Shown: positions 1 to 14,737, counted from the stretch's first letter. The stretch: 64,000 nt of DNA from Iphione sp. A-MEVVRFRX5 (GCA_976226885.1 OZ320315.1:109430001-109494000); one strand, 5' to 3'. Notes: generated by a model not told the origin, from the letters alone. A program made the numbers and translations.

Positions 1-2426
1 TGAATATCTACACACTATTTATGCTGTCATGTGTGTTATCAGCACTTATTTACTAAAAACTTGATCCCTATATCTATTTAAGTTCAAAGTGCAAAGATAC
101 TCAGATTGTCAATACACTCAACAGGGGTAAACAGCTCTCAAATGTTTCACAGAATTTCTCATACTGAAACAGATAAGTGTAGTTATTAAGTATAGTATGT
201 GTAACAGGTGCTATAGACTGTATTCTAATAATTATTAGAGATTATGAAATAATTGTTTTTACATTTTGGGTCCTACATGTCTGTTTTTACATAAAATCTA
301 TAGCTGATGTACATTTACATGTATAGATAGATTATAAAGACTGTTACAAATCCTGAATATACAGACAATTCTCTCAAACTGAAAACTCAAATCCAAAAAT
401 CACTATATATGAACTCAAATATTTGAATGTTTGCTGTAAAATTTGAATTTTGGGCTCAAATTGCATGAAAATCATCCTATTTTTCACCAAATATACATGA
501 ATTTTCCCATTTTTCAGCTGAATTTTCATAAATTACACTGATTTTTTAGAAATTTGCATCCATTTTGTCACTTTGTCAAACAAATAGGAGTTTGCTTCAC
601 ATCAATATCTTTTTTACCATGTTCAAATTAACATGCAAGGGGGCCTTGGAATTTTGGTAAAATACAGTATTATTATGTATCTTTATTTTCAGTGCCAATT
701 CAATATGCAGAGTCAGCTTTTATCACCAGTATTCACTTAAATCAGTTACAATTATAGCAATCAAATCTAATACATAGTATCACTCAATCCAGGCTATATA
801 TATGGAAAACCACTTTTTCAGATCCATAAATGGTTGCATGTTATTCCTAGAGCCATAGGGTCATATCAAACCAGTATATTGTGTCACAAATAAAATACTT
901 GCACATGCCAGTGTTGCAAGAAATTACACAGGACAGCATGTAAGAAGAGCTCCTACAGAAGTAGGAAGAATTAGAAGGGTACTCCTTCTACCAAAAGGTA
1001 CCGTTGTTTGTTAATTCTCTTATCAATAATTTCCAGTATCCTCATAGAATAATGAAAAGAAATCTTTTCACAAAGAGCTACAAATATTTTGCACCTCTCA
1101 TATACCAATGTTATAACATGTTTCTCTTGTGCCTATTTCCGCTTATGGTTGTTTGTTATGTGTCTTTGCTTTCTGAAAGAAACAATTCTTAGAAGCTATC
1201 AATATTCAGACTTAATGATAAGCAATATTTTACACATTTATATAAATATACTATTTTCTTGAAACAGAATAAAGTACAATGTAAAATATCAATAATTTGC
1301 TGGTTGATGTCATGAATAAGTAATATTTTACACTATTAAGACTTAAATTAACTAAATTTTGATTAACTAAATAGAATAACACTGATATACAACAGAGTAC
1401 CAATACACTATATCATTGTAAATTCCTTATGATGCTTGGCTATACATTTGACAGAAATATATCTTATTCATTTATCTTCATGTCAAGAACAGAAAACTCA
1501 TTGATATGAGAGACTTCTGAAAATAGAATTGATTACTATTTTTTTACCTACCACAGGAGTTAGACCAATAATCTCAGCTTCAATGTCCATTAGTAGAGCA
1601 AATATGGGGTAAAATATTTAGATAACATTTTTTAGCTGCCATGAACTTACCTTCACTTGAGTGAGCACATTAGATAGCATTAATTTGCTTGGATAATTCA
1701 ATTGATTCAGTAAGTCTGCCAATATGTTTTCCAGGTCAACTAAAGTGCCTACACTGTTTGTCAGCTAGAGATTTATGGACTCTACTTATTGACTCAAACA
1801 AGAGATAGATTTGTGGGGTCAGTAGTATCTACAGTCTTACAGCTCTATAGATCTGTATTGACCGGAAGGGCTGGTAGGTCTTCCAACTGAAAACTCCTTC
1901 TTTCCACAGCGTATATATATTGTCATCTTATGAACATATTCACCTCGATTGATGAAAGAAAAAGGAGTAGGTATAGCACAGTTCATATTTAAGGATCTTG
2001 CATAGGTGGAAATATCAGGTTTGCAAGAGCTACCTAGAGAAGTTGGCTGTAGTATCAACTTGGATAGATATATCTTAGGATTATTGAAGATGTTTTGAAT
2101 GTTGATTCATAATAGTCACACCAAAAATAGAGGTAATCTGTAAATATCCTGAGAGGTGCATGACTATAAAAATTTGTTTTTCCATAGATTAAGTTAAGAT
2201 TGCTCTTGAGAAGTAAGTTATTTTCTTAATTAAGTATAGCATGTTAGATATACTATAATCTAATATCCTATATTATGTGTAATGATTTGTGTTTTCTTTC
2301 CTATACAGCATTGAGGGCAGTACCTAAATTGTGTACTCTTAAATACTGGTACCTATGCTAAGGTTTAGTGGTGCTGTTCTTTATATTATAGCAGGCCTCT
2401 TCAGAAAGAGTAGTTTTACTTCAAGA

Positions 2427-5400
2427 ATGTCTACCTCTAGGCCAATCCTGTCAGTTTCACCAGTTGATTGTTTAATTGATGATGTGATCACAATCAAAGT
2501 GGAAGGTCTGAACCCAAACCAGCCTGTTACTATAGCAACATGGTTTCTTGAATCAAAACGGCAATGGACTTCATATGCACACTATTTTGCATCTGTAGAT
2601 GGCATCTTGGACCTACATAAAGCCACCTCAGTTGGTGGTTCTTACAAAGGTTAATATTTGTACATAATTTACAAGGGTGAATGTATGTACTCTAAAGCAT
2701 AGCATAATTTTCTATTGAATTTCCCTTTTACAGCTGCAAGCAACTCCTACTACCATTAATTCATCTTATGAATAATCTCTTTCAAACTTAGAATCTTAAA
2801 TACAAATGATGTAGAGTTGTTTACTAGTAGGTCCTTACAAAATTGTTAGTGTTCATATCTTGTACTTTGTCTTTAGGTGTGGATCCTATGGGTCTTTTCT
2901 GGAGTATTTCTGTTGCTGATGATAATGCTGCTGAACTCATTAAACGTGATGTCACCACTCCTTTTATGATATCAGTATTGGTAATAAAAGATCACATCAA
3001 GCCTACGTTCTCTAATACAGATACTTCACTAGCACAGTGTACTATTGGAAGACGTTACATGCAACAGAATGTAATGAGGATTCCAATAGAATTTGGAAGA
3101 ATCAGAGGAACACTACTTTTACCAAAAGGTATTAGTGATCACTGTTCAGAAAGAGTCAAAATTTATTTGCATTTTTATTATCCTGATGTAACTCTTCATT
3201 GACCTGCAGTCAGTGTTTCATTATCTATAGCTATCATTTACATACATGACATGGCTTCCTAAATGTAATCTTTGTTATTCTAGGGTCAAAAAATCAACAG
3301 TTCCCAGGGATTATCGACATATATGGTGCAACTGGAGGTCTCAGGGAAACTCGTGCAGCTTTGTTAGCCTCTAGAGGATTTGTCACTTTTGCCTTAGCAT
3401 ACTTCAGATATAAGGATTTGCCAAAACATTTGACAAGTTATGATCTTGAGTATTTTGAGGTACTCTCCCTTCTTTCTGTGATACTAGCAAGAGGCTAGAT
3501 TTTGACCACAGAGTGATAAGAATGAACAAAATATAGCATTTCTTTTACCCCTTTATATGATTATATGGAAAGTGTCTCTGTCTAGAAATACAAATTAGTA
3601 ATATACATTACACCAAGTGGCTGTATTTTTTGCCATCTATAAATATTCATGTTAAAAGTCTCTAAAGTGTGGAAAAAAATTAAAAAGAAATATTCTCTAT
3701 GATACAGTCTGTATATAGGCTGCTATTTGTGCTTATTTATTTACCAATCATAATATATCAATAACATAATATATATATACAAATAGGAGGCTGTGGACTG
3801 GTTAAATGAGCACCCCAGTGTCATAAAGGACCAACTTGGGATAATAGGTCTATCAAAAGGAGCAGAAATAGCATTACACATGAGCACAATCACTGATAAG
3901 GTAAGTATTGAAACCATCAGATAGTAGGCATGTTTTGAGATATGACAGAGTAAAATTCAACCTCCTCTTAAACATAATAGAATCAAGCAAGTGACTTTCA
4001 ATGTCTTTTTTATGTGTTTAGCAGGATCTGATTCTAATTGAAAAATATTCAGAAATGTTTACAGTTGTCCATAATTCATTTGTCTGTTTTGGAAGCTGTG
4101 CAACTGTTGGCCTGAAAGACAATTGGGGAATTCTAGTGTTTGAGAATAATTTGTTAATATGACAGGTAGAAGCATTTTATTTGTTCTATATAGGCTCTGT
4201 GTTGGAATATCCTATAGCTATAGAACATGTTGATAAAAATTGTTGACCAAGGACTGACACAGTCATATGTGTCAGTATCTACAATACAGTGAGCTAGGAA
4301 CACATATCCTGAGTTATACTTTGATATATTTTCATGACTGATACTTTGTTCTCTGTATCAGATAAAGGCAGTTGTTGCCATAAACAGCACTTTCTACACC
4401 CTGGGTGTTCCACTGAGCTATAAGGGGGTAAAAATACCCTCCATACAGTAAGTATTATAATAGAGTAAAGTCAGTTTTTTAGTGGAGAATGATTTTGTAT
4501 TCCCTGCATAATGATCATGTTCGATACTACATGTCTACTTTGGAGTGCAAATGTCTTATATTTCCTAGGTATTTGTAAGCACAATAGTGATAATATAGCA
4601 AAGGTACTCCAATGTATAATGAGTATATTAGATCACACTTAGCTGGAAAAAGACTATAAAATTTGAATTTGACTTGAAATGTTGTATTTGAAAGGATAAT
4701 TCCAAGGATAACATACAGTTAGAGATCCCAATTACAGACCTCCTCCAATCTTACCCAAACCGTATTTGTACGTATTTGAGACTTTTTCACTTTTGGGGCC
4801 AATTTTCACAAAAGTGTTCAGGGTAAGGTGGCAATTGCAATTAGTAATGTGTGAGGAAATCTGATATTTGTGTCAACCTGTGGAGATGACTTCTGGAGCC
4901 CTAAATTCAGGTGACAATATGCTGTCTGTAGGCGGATATTTGTGTCAACCTGTGAAAATGACTCTTTAAGCTGCTCTGCCTCACCAAAATCACAAGGCAA
5001 CATATGCTGTCCACAGGCAGACATGGTGCAAATTTGGTGTCCTGATTACAGACATCTTGTTTAATTTGGGAAACAAATCCATTCTGACCTCAATCATCCA
5101 TATTTGATAGTTGCCAGAATATACAGTGTGTAACTTGGATGACATGGAGAGCATGAGTATGAGTCAGTGACCTGTCATTGTTTATTGCCTGCATTATCAC
5201 CGCAGTACTGAGGGTAGCACCCTGTCTGCAGTTTTATGGTCTCTACTATCCACATTAGAACTGTTTCCTTCGAAGACAGACATTACTGTTGTTTGTTTTT
5301 TGCTCTCTAAGGGATTTGAAAGTCAGCCCTAACAGAAGCTTCTTCCTTGTCTGAGCATGTATCTAAATTTCCTAAACGGGAGGTTTGTTTCTGTTACGCT

Positions 5401-8400
5401 CTGTGGTTTTTACTCTGTAGCACTGAGGTGTACATTCCCCTGCATAGCATCAGATATTTGTAATTAAAGAGAGATCAGGAGGAAAGAAAAAGCAGTGAAT
5501 TTCTTATTCTCAAGCTTTTTTGTCCTTCTTCTGATGGCATAAAGTGGAAAGACTTATTAGATTCAACATCTCTCAGGATATTTTTTTTCCTTATCTTCTG
5601 AGTATGCTAGCACTTCCTTGGCTGAAAAACTCATTGATCACATCTACATGTTTTGTTTTGGCCATCTACACATCACTATTAGTATCTTCAATATCATAGT
5701 TTGGGAGTCTTCATCTGAAAAATGATCATTTATTTGTACCAAAATGTAACAAGAGTTGTTTCAATTTATATTCATCTGGTTAATGATATATTTTTTTAGG
5801 TACATTGACCATATATCTTTCCATGATTATAACTAAACTATTTGCAAGTGTTCTGGTGAGTTAATTTTTCTCAGATTCCTTGAACGGTTTGTCCCACTTG
5901 ACCAAATATTTGCAAAAAGTGCTTTCAACCTGGGCTTATTTAGGTTTTTTCTCTTAAAAGCACTTTCCAGATGTTGTTTGTTTATTACCATAAAGTTTTT
6001 ACAGTTGAAATACTACCAGGCTATATTGACATCAAATGTGTTGAAGAATGGTATTGAATTCATGCCATATGGTGTTCCTTCAGATCTTGCTTGTTGTAAT
6101 GAAAAAAGGTTTCAGAGAGATGTAGCTTTGTTTACTTAGTGTCCACTTTGATTGGCAGTATTTAAATAGAATTTAGGAGATGGTCCCTGTAAGATAAACT
6201 AAGTGAATTGTTTGTCATGATGAGGTCAATTAATATTCTATTCTCCACTGCATTATATGTGTTGATTCACTGATAATGTATGTTAGATGATGAGAGGCCA
6301 GGAAGAATGACAGCTTATCCATCTCTCTGGACTTTTCAGTAGACATATCCATATTGAAATCGTTTTGAATAATTACTTTCTATCCAAGAAGAAATGTTTG
6401 TATTTGACCTCCCAGTATTTCCAGGCAGTTGTTCACCTTAAAGTTTCCTTGCAGCTTTTTATATATTGTATGGAAACCATAGGAGGACAAGATCCCTAAC
6501 ACAAGATTCAGCACTATGAATAGGTTTAGGCCTATTAAAATGCAGTTTAGGGTGTGCTAGTTGAGTTTTGCTACTGGTATGACTCAAGAGAGTTCTTCTA
6601 GATGCTCATAGTTGTCTAGTCAGTGTATGAAGATGGGACAGAAAATTACCTGTGCTGTCAGATATTTCTGCATGATTTTATCTTACATTGCTCTGACATT
6701 GGTGTCTGATTCACATATAAGATGTTGTGATATTAAGACTAGACCACCATGAAATGGTGTCCAAGCCAACGGCATGAATCTTCTCATACCATACGATGCC
6801 ATGGGCTTGACTACCACTTAAGTGTGCATGAAGAGAAGGCTCTGGGAAAAAAGGACTACCTCAAAGCTAAAGAGGGTAGTCCAGGACCCGTAGAAAGGAC
6901 TTGATGGCTGGAAAATGAGAGATAGAGAAACTGGAGGATCAGGAAATGGCTGGGATGGGCCACAAAGTAGATACATCCATAAATAAGGAAAATTAAAGGA
7001 AATAACTTGTTTTTGTAAAACTTATTTTATGATTGTGCATATTACTTACAAACCATATTATAGACAATCAAGATTGTGGATGGAGGAAAAGTAACATTTT
7101 TCCTTCTTTACACATTTGCAACATTCAGAATCTGATTTACAGTCTATATATATTGCATTAAATTATTCATCATTCATTTTACAATAAGATATTCTTTATA
7201 ATGAATTTGACATAGATAGCCTTATAGTTGTCACATATCTTTACATATGGGGATGTGGCAATACAATGAACAGCTTGAACACACCCTGAATTAAAAAATT
7301 CTATCATATTTGTGTTTGTTATACTTTCAGTCCAGATCATACACATATCAAGACAAAGGATGACTGGCTTATTACAAAGGACTGTAACTACAATGTGCCA
7401 AATATTGAAGACTATTTCATACAAGTATGGCCTTAATAATAATGTGACCAGCCCTGGGAAAAGTGGTATCCAATGCATTCAAGTTAAAATGTCAAACAAC
7501 CATATTAGAGGCCTTAAAAATGAAGGAAATGGAATTCTAGCCATGGAAACCTCTATTTGATCATTTTTCATGTAGAATCTGTTGAAAAAAATTAGTTTTG
7601 GCAAATTCTTGTTCCTTATAAAGTAATTTTAAGTCATGTGATCAGATATGTAAATGAGCTTATTCACATAAATGCATTTATTAGGTTACCATAGTGATAA
7701 TGCTTAAGGATTATTTTAAATGCCTATATAATGTAGAAATATGAAAAAAGTTCTATCAAGAACTGAAACCCCTTTACAAATATCCTTTGTAGGACTGATT
7801 CTGTGCAAGAATGATAAGTTAAGATTAAATAACATATTTCACAGAATCCAAATGCTTTGTACTATAAAGTATCAAAGAATGCATTAAGTATTAAGTTACA
7901 TCTTTTTGCAAGAATAGTTATATCAACTTTGAATTGATATATCCCAGGATGTAGAAGGAGTATTTAGACAATCTTTGCACTAACTGTTGCCCCCAAACAT
8001 TCTTTAATTTCCATAGTTTGCAATTTGATACCTTTATTCCATGGCTGCTCACTCATATAGAATAACTTTCCTAAATCTTTAACTAATAGCCATTATACAT
8101 GGCTATTCTATAGGCTTACCATATGCAGCATGTGTAGCTTTCACATACAAAGTATTTCTGACATTAATCAGCCTAGTGACTGTGTTACTTAGCCATTGGG
8201 AATTTTTCTAAGGAATCTTTTATTATAATAATGATTATGCGGCATAATATATAATGAACAACTGTTTGCATTATAAAGAGGAGAGAAGCATAGAGAAGAC
8301 AATAGAAAAATCTTGAATCTTAAAAGAATTTGGGTTATTCTATAATGCAGTCAATTGTAATTACTTAGTTCTAACCAAGTCTTTTATCTCATTTAAATTC

Positions 8401-9002
8401 TCTTGGTCTTAGCTAGAGAAGAGTAGTTCAGCTGAGTTTCTTCTCATCCATGGTGGGGATGATGAAGTTTTCCAACCAGATAATGGTCTACAATTGATCC
8501 ATTATCTTTGGAATCACGGCCACAAAAATGCTGCTCTTCATATCTACCAAGGCGCAGGTCATATAATTGAAATGTCCTACGTTCCAGTATGCAAAGGTTT
8601 TCTTCATAAATTGTTGGGTAAGTGACCTTAATTTTGGCCATAAATGTGTTTAATTTGAAAGTAAAGAGAATGGGTTGTTATATGTGAACTCAGAGAATTT
8701 CATAGAATTGTGATAAATAAGAGCATCTTACCTTCCAGTATTTGAAGAAATAATTTAATCATGCAGTAAAGGCAAGTGATATGTTTAACTGCCTAAAAGC
8801 TTTTCTAAGCAAAAACAAGGGACACAGTTTTCAGTTTCCCAGATTATGCTTTTGTTCAGTAATACAAATTTCTTTCCATTTAGGAAAGAAGATTTATTGT
8901 GGTGGAGAAGATGCCCTTCATGCATATGCACAAAAAGATGCTTGGTATAAAGTGCTCAATTTCTTCAATACCAGACTGAGAAATCATGCCTCTAAACTTT
9001 GA
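2427..9002 (+). CDS. Acyl-CoA thioesterase / BAAT-like protein, copy 1 (type-I ACOT family, peroxisomal PTS1 SKL), intact, 422 aa
   Basis: Exons 2427-2649, 2877-3128, 3284-3459, 3787-3900, 4362-4447, 7331-7424, 8413-8617, 8884-9002. All introns are GT-AG, phases are compatible, 1269 nt open. Motifs: [42 protein letters not shown] (Ser nucleophile), HGGDD (Asp), GAGH (His), YCGGE..HAYAQ.DAW, C-terminal SKL. Family is clear; the specific ortholog is not. Confidence 0.93.
5750..6400 (-). mobile_element. Degraded CR1/L2-type LINE fragment (APE endonuclease C-terminus and linker) in copy-1 intron 5
   Basis: Minus-strand broken frames give [24 protein letters not shown] and FDVNIAW*YF. Many stops; boundaries approximate. 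Confidence 0.5.
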
Positions 9003-9136
9003 AGAGAAAGGATCAACAATGTTCACTTCCTTAGTCACATTATGTGTGAACATGGTCACCGATGAGCAAAATGGATGGTCAGACACAAAAACATCACAAC
9101 ATTTTCAGTGAAGACGAGAACAAAGTTTCTAACACA

Positions 9137-9277
9137 ATTTACATATTTATGTTTGACTGGATATGATATCTTAACATATCTTACATTCCAATCCTGATGT
9201 ATTAGCAGAATTTACATATTTATCTCTGACTGGATATGATATCTTAACATATCTTACATTCCAATCCTGATGTATTA
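9137..9277. repeat. Tandem duplication (2 x about 70 bp) downstream of the copy-1 stop
   Basis: AATTTACATATTTAT...TGACTGGATATGATATCTTAACATATCTTACATTCCAATCCTGATGTATTA at 9137 and 9209. Confidence 0.9.
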
Positions 9278-10145
9278 AGATGATATATAAAAGTTAAGTC
9301 TGATAAATTATGTTATGTATGGATGAAAATAATGAAATTATGATAAAAATTGACTCACAGTATTATGAGTGTGAAATACAGGAAACCTGTATAAATTTGC
9401 ACTTGAATAAAACAGGATAAACATGACAGTAGTGCAGAGTTATCATGTCAAATATACACTTAGTAGTCCTCACTCTTTTTACTTTTCAAAATCATACATA
9501 TATAGTGAGGATTATTTTGTGTCACCATAATTACTTGAGCAACCAAACCATGGAGAACATGAGTACTACAAGCATTTGTTTGTGCAATAGGCACTTCTCC
9601 CTTTTCATATAAACTGTTTTCTTGTGGGCAACTGCAGAATTCTTCGAGCATTTTTCATCATTATAAAATATATTTTCAAATAAGCTCTGATATGACCTAT
9701 TTTATGAAATAAGATGGTTTCTTGTTTTTGCAGTCTTCTTAGAAATATGCAATGTATTATCTTGTCCATTCTATATGTAGTTGTCACATAATCCTTGGTG
9801 TATGTTTTGACTTCATATATAGACAACAAAATGCATCTCTCTTTCCAGTTTTTTCTTTTAAAATATAGTTATTATCAGTAAAAGAGACTTTTCAAAATAT
9901 TTGCTTGGTAGCAATAGATTGCAAGCGATGTAAACTATTCCCTTTGACTTTTCATGAAAACACAACTAAGGGAGTGAATGAGGTGATGTATGTTCCACAA
10001 AGACAACATTTGCAAGACATTTCAATTGTTGTCCTAAACACCATCCCTTAAAATGGGATTGATATTTTTTCATATGGGCTAAACAGCAGACAATAGGCTT
10101 CTGGGTAAAACATTCAAAATGAAGATGGTTATATAGCCTTATGAC

Positions 10146-10637
10146 TGTAACCTTGGATAGTTTATACTGTGGGAAATGGGCCTCTATGTTCCGGATCATC
10201 AGGTAAGTGGTTGCACCAGATGATATCTAACACACCGCACCTGGTTGAGTGACACACCGCTCTGTGGGTATTTCTTGCATTATGCACCGCACCGGTATCA
10301 GTATGGAAATTTCCATCGCGTTGTGATTGGCTGGAAGGAGATCACACCATACTTCCTAATATGGGGGAAGCCCTCTGATTGGTGAGGGGGCATTCCATAT
10401 TCAGTTACTTTGTATATTGTGCTAGGGGGAAGGTGCTGACTGGCTGAAAGTCTTCTTTAGATGTGATACATTGTTGCCATTAATGGTCCTAATTCTGATT
10501 GGTTGAATAGCGTACCTAGCTTTCTGATTGGCTGACTGTGGCTCTCACAGGCTATAAAAACACTGACTTTAGAATGAAATAAACAGTTTGGAACTGGACT
10601 CTGAGTTGTTCACATCTTTATTTATCCACATCTTACA
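10146..10637 (+). mobile_element. Probable solo LTR
   Basis: TGTAA...TTACA inverted ends, four reverse CCAAT boxes (GATTGG), TATAAAAA near 10553, AATAAA near 10578, then a U5-like end. Flanks do not give an exact TSD. Confidence 0.5.
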
Positions 10638-12719
10638 ATACACTATAGACTAATCTGAGCAGCCATATGACTCAACAACTTTTGCAAGGTAAAAATACCT
10701 AAGAATACCTATTTCTTTTTTATCTCAAACATTATACTCATACCTGTGAGGTGTCATCAAGGTTGTAAAAGCCCTCTCACAACTGGTTAATATCATTGAG
10801 GCTTTTAGTGCTGAAAACACATGGCGAAGTGTTCTCTAGCAAAGTGTTATATGCAACACCTTCTCTGGTTAGTTGATGATGAAAAACAGGCTGTCACGCC
10901 ATCCAATAATAATGTTACATGACACAATTTAGACTGAGAGTGGCTTATTTTAGTGAATTGTTTTAACAGCTTAACCTAACTACATATTATGATCTTTTTT
11001 ACTGGAAGAATAATAATGATACAATAGGAAGTGTGTGACTGTCCAATTGGTGTATTCTTGACCACATTATGCCAGAGACAGCTACATTTAGACAGATGAC
11101 TACACCACCGCCATCTGTCTGTAGTTCACAATATTAGATTCACTTTATTCCCACAGAGGGGTGTTAGGTCAGTAGATGCATCTGAGGGTAGTTTGCTGAG
11201 ATCTTTTTCAAAAAGGGGTCTTAAACTTTCCTGTTATCCAGTATATTGTTCTTATTTGTATTTAAAGGGCTTTAAGTCAATGTGAAGGGTTATGATCCAG
11301 GTGCTGTGCAAAGCATACACAGATCCCTGTAGTATGGTTGGTAAGCATTGTTACAATTACAATAGTCATTGTGATCTAGCAATATGGGATTGTTCACCCT
11401 TCTCTTTGATGCCTACACAATCATTTATAACATACTTTTGTTCGAATGAGGCTCTGGTAAGGTATAAACAATAATCTGCTAAAGTACCATTATGCAGGCA
11501 ATATATTCTGCACATTTTTCCTGGATGATTAAAGTTGATATCTTTGATAGTGATATATGTATTATTATGGATCTTTGGTGATCAAAACAGGTGAAGGTTA
11601 TCCATTTATGATGTGAAAATTCTTAAATGTCACATTCAGATGTTGTGATCTAGTCTGAAAAGGAAATAACATTTTTTTAGGTGACCCTTTGAGCAAATGG
11701 TGTAAGTGACCTGTATCATGCAACTCTTAGCCGCAGTATTGCAGTATGCAATAAACATTCAGTTCTTGCCCCCTTCTTCCATTGTTGATCTTTGTCACAA
11801 AACATTGCCTTCACTACTGAACTATCAACAGCTATGATGTTCCAACTGAGGGCTGGTGGCACAGTATGGTACAAAATGGTTGCCTTATAGGCTACATGTG
11901 TAAGCTACAGAATGACAGAGGAAAAGGATGATATGGAGAGCGAAAATCTTTAAGAAAAATTAAAAGAGAATAAGAATAAAGCAATGTTCCATTAAGAGGG
12001 ATGGAATGTATGGAATGCAAGGAATGGCAATATGTAAAATAGGCATTGGCAAAATATAAGGTAGAGACTCATGAAAAACTACTGTTAAACTTAACATAGC
12101 ATAGTAATCAACAACTTATCCTACTTATGATGCCACTACCAGTATTTCACATAATCCTCCTTTTGCTTTTGAATAAATTGCAAAGAAACCCCCTTCATCA
12201 TGTTTCCTTGAATCTGAGGCACCTAGCCGAGTTTTACCAACGAGGAACTGATACTTGTCTCAGGTAATGTAAGCTTGAGAGCTTGGCTACTGTACTCCAA
12301 GCTTTAGGTCACGGCCATAGCTTCAGGTTATACCCATGCTATTCTAGAGAAGTACTCTACTATGGATTCCGGGTCTCTGCCTTGCCCATCTACCAGTGTG
12401 GGGCCTAAACATTACCCTCCCCAAGATGGTCAGACAGCCTATGATAAATTAGGTAATGAGCATAAAAAAATGAACTGGGAAAGGTTTTGATGAGTCCCAG
12501 GGTACAAATGTGTAGTTCCACTTTATTAAAATAGCAGTTAAACAAGCAGCAAAACAGTTGTGTCCACTAAAGCTGAGGAAACCGCCCCAATGTTATCACA
12601 AAAGAACAGAAGGCAACACAACAGTGACTATGATTTGGCAGATGTCGGTACTAGGTTGACTATGTTGATCACATCAGCAATTTTATTTGTACAATTGTAC
12701 TTCTCCTGCCTAGGGAAAT

Positions 12720-13817
12720 AAAGGCAGGATCACGAGAATTTCAAGTGCAGAAGTTATAAAAGAGCATCTGACGAAAGGTTTAAGAGGGAACTTTTAGAAA
12801 TTAATTGGACTCCCTACTATAACAGTAATAGTGTAGTATATATGGTTGAATTTTTGGAGAGTGTACTGTACAAGGTTTTTGATAAGGTTTGTCCATACAT
12901 ATCGATGAGAAAGAAATTGTATGAACCTGGAGTTGATAAAAAGCTGAAAAATTTGATACAAGATAAACATATGGCATATATTGCCCACAAACAAAAGGGT
13001 AGTTTGGAGACAAAACTAATATATTGTGTGAGTAAATATAAAGTACGGTCATACATAAAGAAAAAGAAGTATGTTTATTTCTCTAGTACGTTTGAGAAAT
13101 ATAAAACCTTGCCGAAGTGCTTCTGGAAACAGATAAAAGAGACAATTGTTCCAAATAAGAAAAAAACAGACAAAAACCAACTCACATTAAGAGATGGAGA
13201 TCGAGTACTATCTGGTGAAATGGCTATAAATTATATAAATGACTACTTTGTTAATATTGGTATAAAACTGCAGCGTGAGTTTAAATCAGAGGGTGGTAAT
13301 GATGCATTGCCAGAATCAAATTGTACATTTGCCTGGAGGGAAGTTACTGAGACAGAGATAAAGAAATTAATATTGGAAATTAAGGATGGTAAATCTTGTA
13401 ATATTGGTGATTTGTGCACAAAATGGGTAAAACGATGTCTTTTATTACTTGTTGAACAGGTACAAGCATTATGTAATTTATCCCTGAGAACCAATATGTT
13501 TCCAGATAATTTGAAAACGGGAAAAGTAATACCATTGTTTAAAGGGGGAGATCCTCTCCTAGCCAGTAATTATAGGCCTATATGTATATTATCTGTATTG
13601 TCAAAAATCTTAGAAAAATGTGTTGCTAGCCAACTATCCGCCTATCTGGAAAATAATGCATTGCTCTCAGATAGTCAGCACGGGTTCAGAAAGTCAAGAA
13701 GTACTGCTACTGCCTCTGTAAATTTTGTAAATGCAATATATCAGGCTTGGAATCTAAAGGAAGTTGTGGCAGCTATATTCGTCGATTGTAAAAAAACCTT
13801 CGACAGTGTGAACCATA
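12720..13817 (+). mobile_element. CR1/L2-type LINE ORF2, 5' half (linker plus RT N-terminus), interrupted by a DNA transposon
   Basis: ORF 12842-13831: FPDNLKTGKVIPLFKGGD...NYRPICILSVLSKILEK, QHGFRKSRST, FVDCKKTFDSVNH. Upstream RSYKRASDERFKRELLEINW is in the same frame. The 5' boundary is approximate. Confidence 0.88.
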
Positions 13818-14735
13818 CACTGAAAAAATAAAGTTGTCATGGACTTGTCTCTAGTAACAAGTTTTGGCTTGTCCTGTTGACGGTCATACAATGTACAAGT
13901 TTAGCATTGTCACTCAAAGTTTATGACAAGCGTGATTGTCATAAACTTGATGATGTGACAACTGTAGAATTGTCATAATAATAAACTAAACTAGTCATAA
14001 AGTTGTCTCTAGTGACAAGTTTTGCATTGTTATATTGACGGTCATACAATGTACAAGTTTAGCATTGTCATTGAAAGTTTATGACTAATAGGTTGTCATA
14101 AACTTGTCTAAGTAAGTACTTTATCCTTGTCATAATAAGGAGAGAATAAAAACAAGCAAAATTCAGGTAATTCAAATACAGTTTATTCAGAGAAGTTTAT
14201 CAGCTTTGATCCTATTTATATTAACAGATGGTTCCAAACCCCTTCAATAGAGTACCTCAGTCAGCTTAGGTCAATACACTGAAAAAATAAAGTTGTCATG
14301 GACTTGTCTCTAGTAACAAGTTTTGGCTTGTCCTGTTGACGGTCATACAATGTACAAGTTTAGCATTGTCACTCAAAGTTTATGACAAGCGTGATTGTCA
14401 TAAACTTGATGATGTGACAACTGTAGAATTGTCATAATAATAAACTAAACTAGTCATAAAGTTGTCTCTAGTGACAAGTTTTGCATTGTTATATTGACGG
14501 TCATACAATGTACAAGTTTAGCATTGTCATTGAAAGTTTATGACTAATAGGTTGTCATAAACTTGTCTAAGTAAGTACTTTATCCTTGTCATAATAAGGA
14601 GAGAATAAAAACAAGCAAAATTCAGGTAATTCAAATACAGTTTATTCAGAGAAGTTTATCAGCTTTGATCCTATTTATATTAACAGATGGTTCCAAACCC
14701 CTTCAATAGAGTACCTCAGTCAGCTTAGGTCAATA
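13818..14735 (+). repeat. Two tandem copies of the 459-bp left arm of the transposon
   Basis: 13818-14276 and 14277-14735 look identical by eye; each starts CACTG and ends ...GGTCAATA. Confidence 0.95.
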
Positions 14736-14737
14736 CA

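Noticed and set aside
1643-1675. U1 snRNA fragment (ACTTACCT)
   Set aside because: The match is limited to the donor-complementary octamer; none of the downstream U1 sequence follows.
1837-2058. Divergent protein-coding gene in the conserved upstream region (also ORFs 35806-35988 and 37583-37816)
   Set aside because: The homologous segments do not keep a common open frame; stops fall in different places.
11267-11335. Kinase catalytic-loop-like peptide on the minus strand (LHS..I..HIDLKP)
   Set aside because: No DFG, APE or Gly-rich loop nearby and many stops; compatible with chance.
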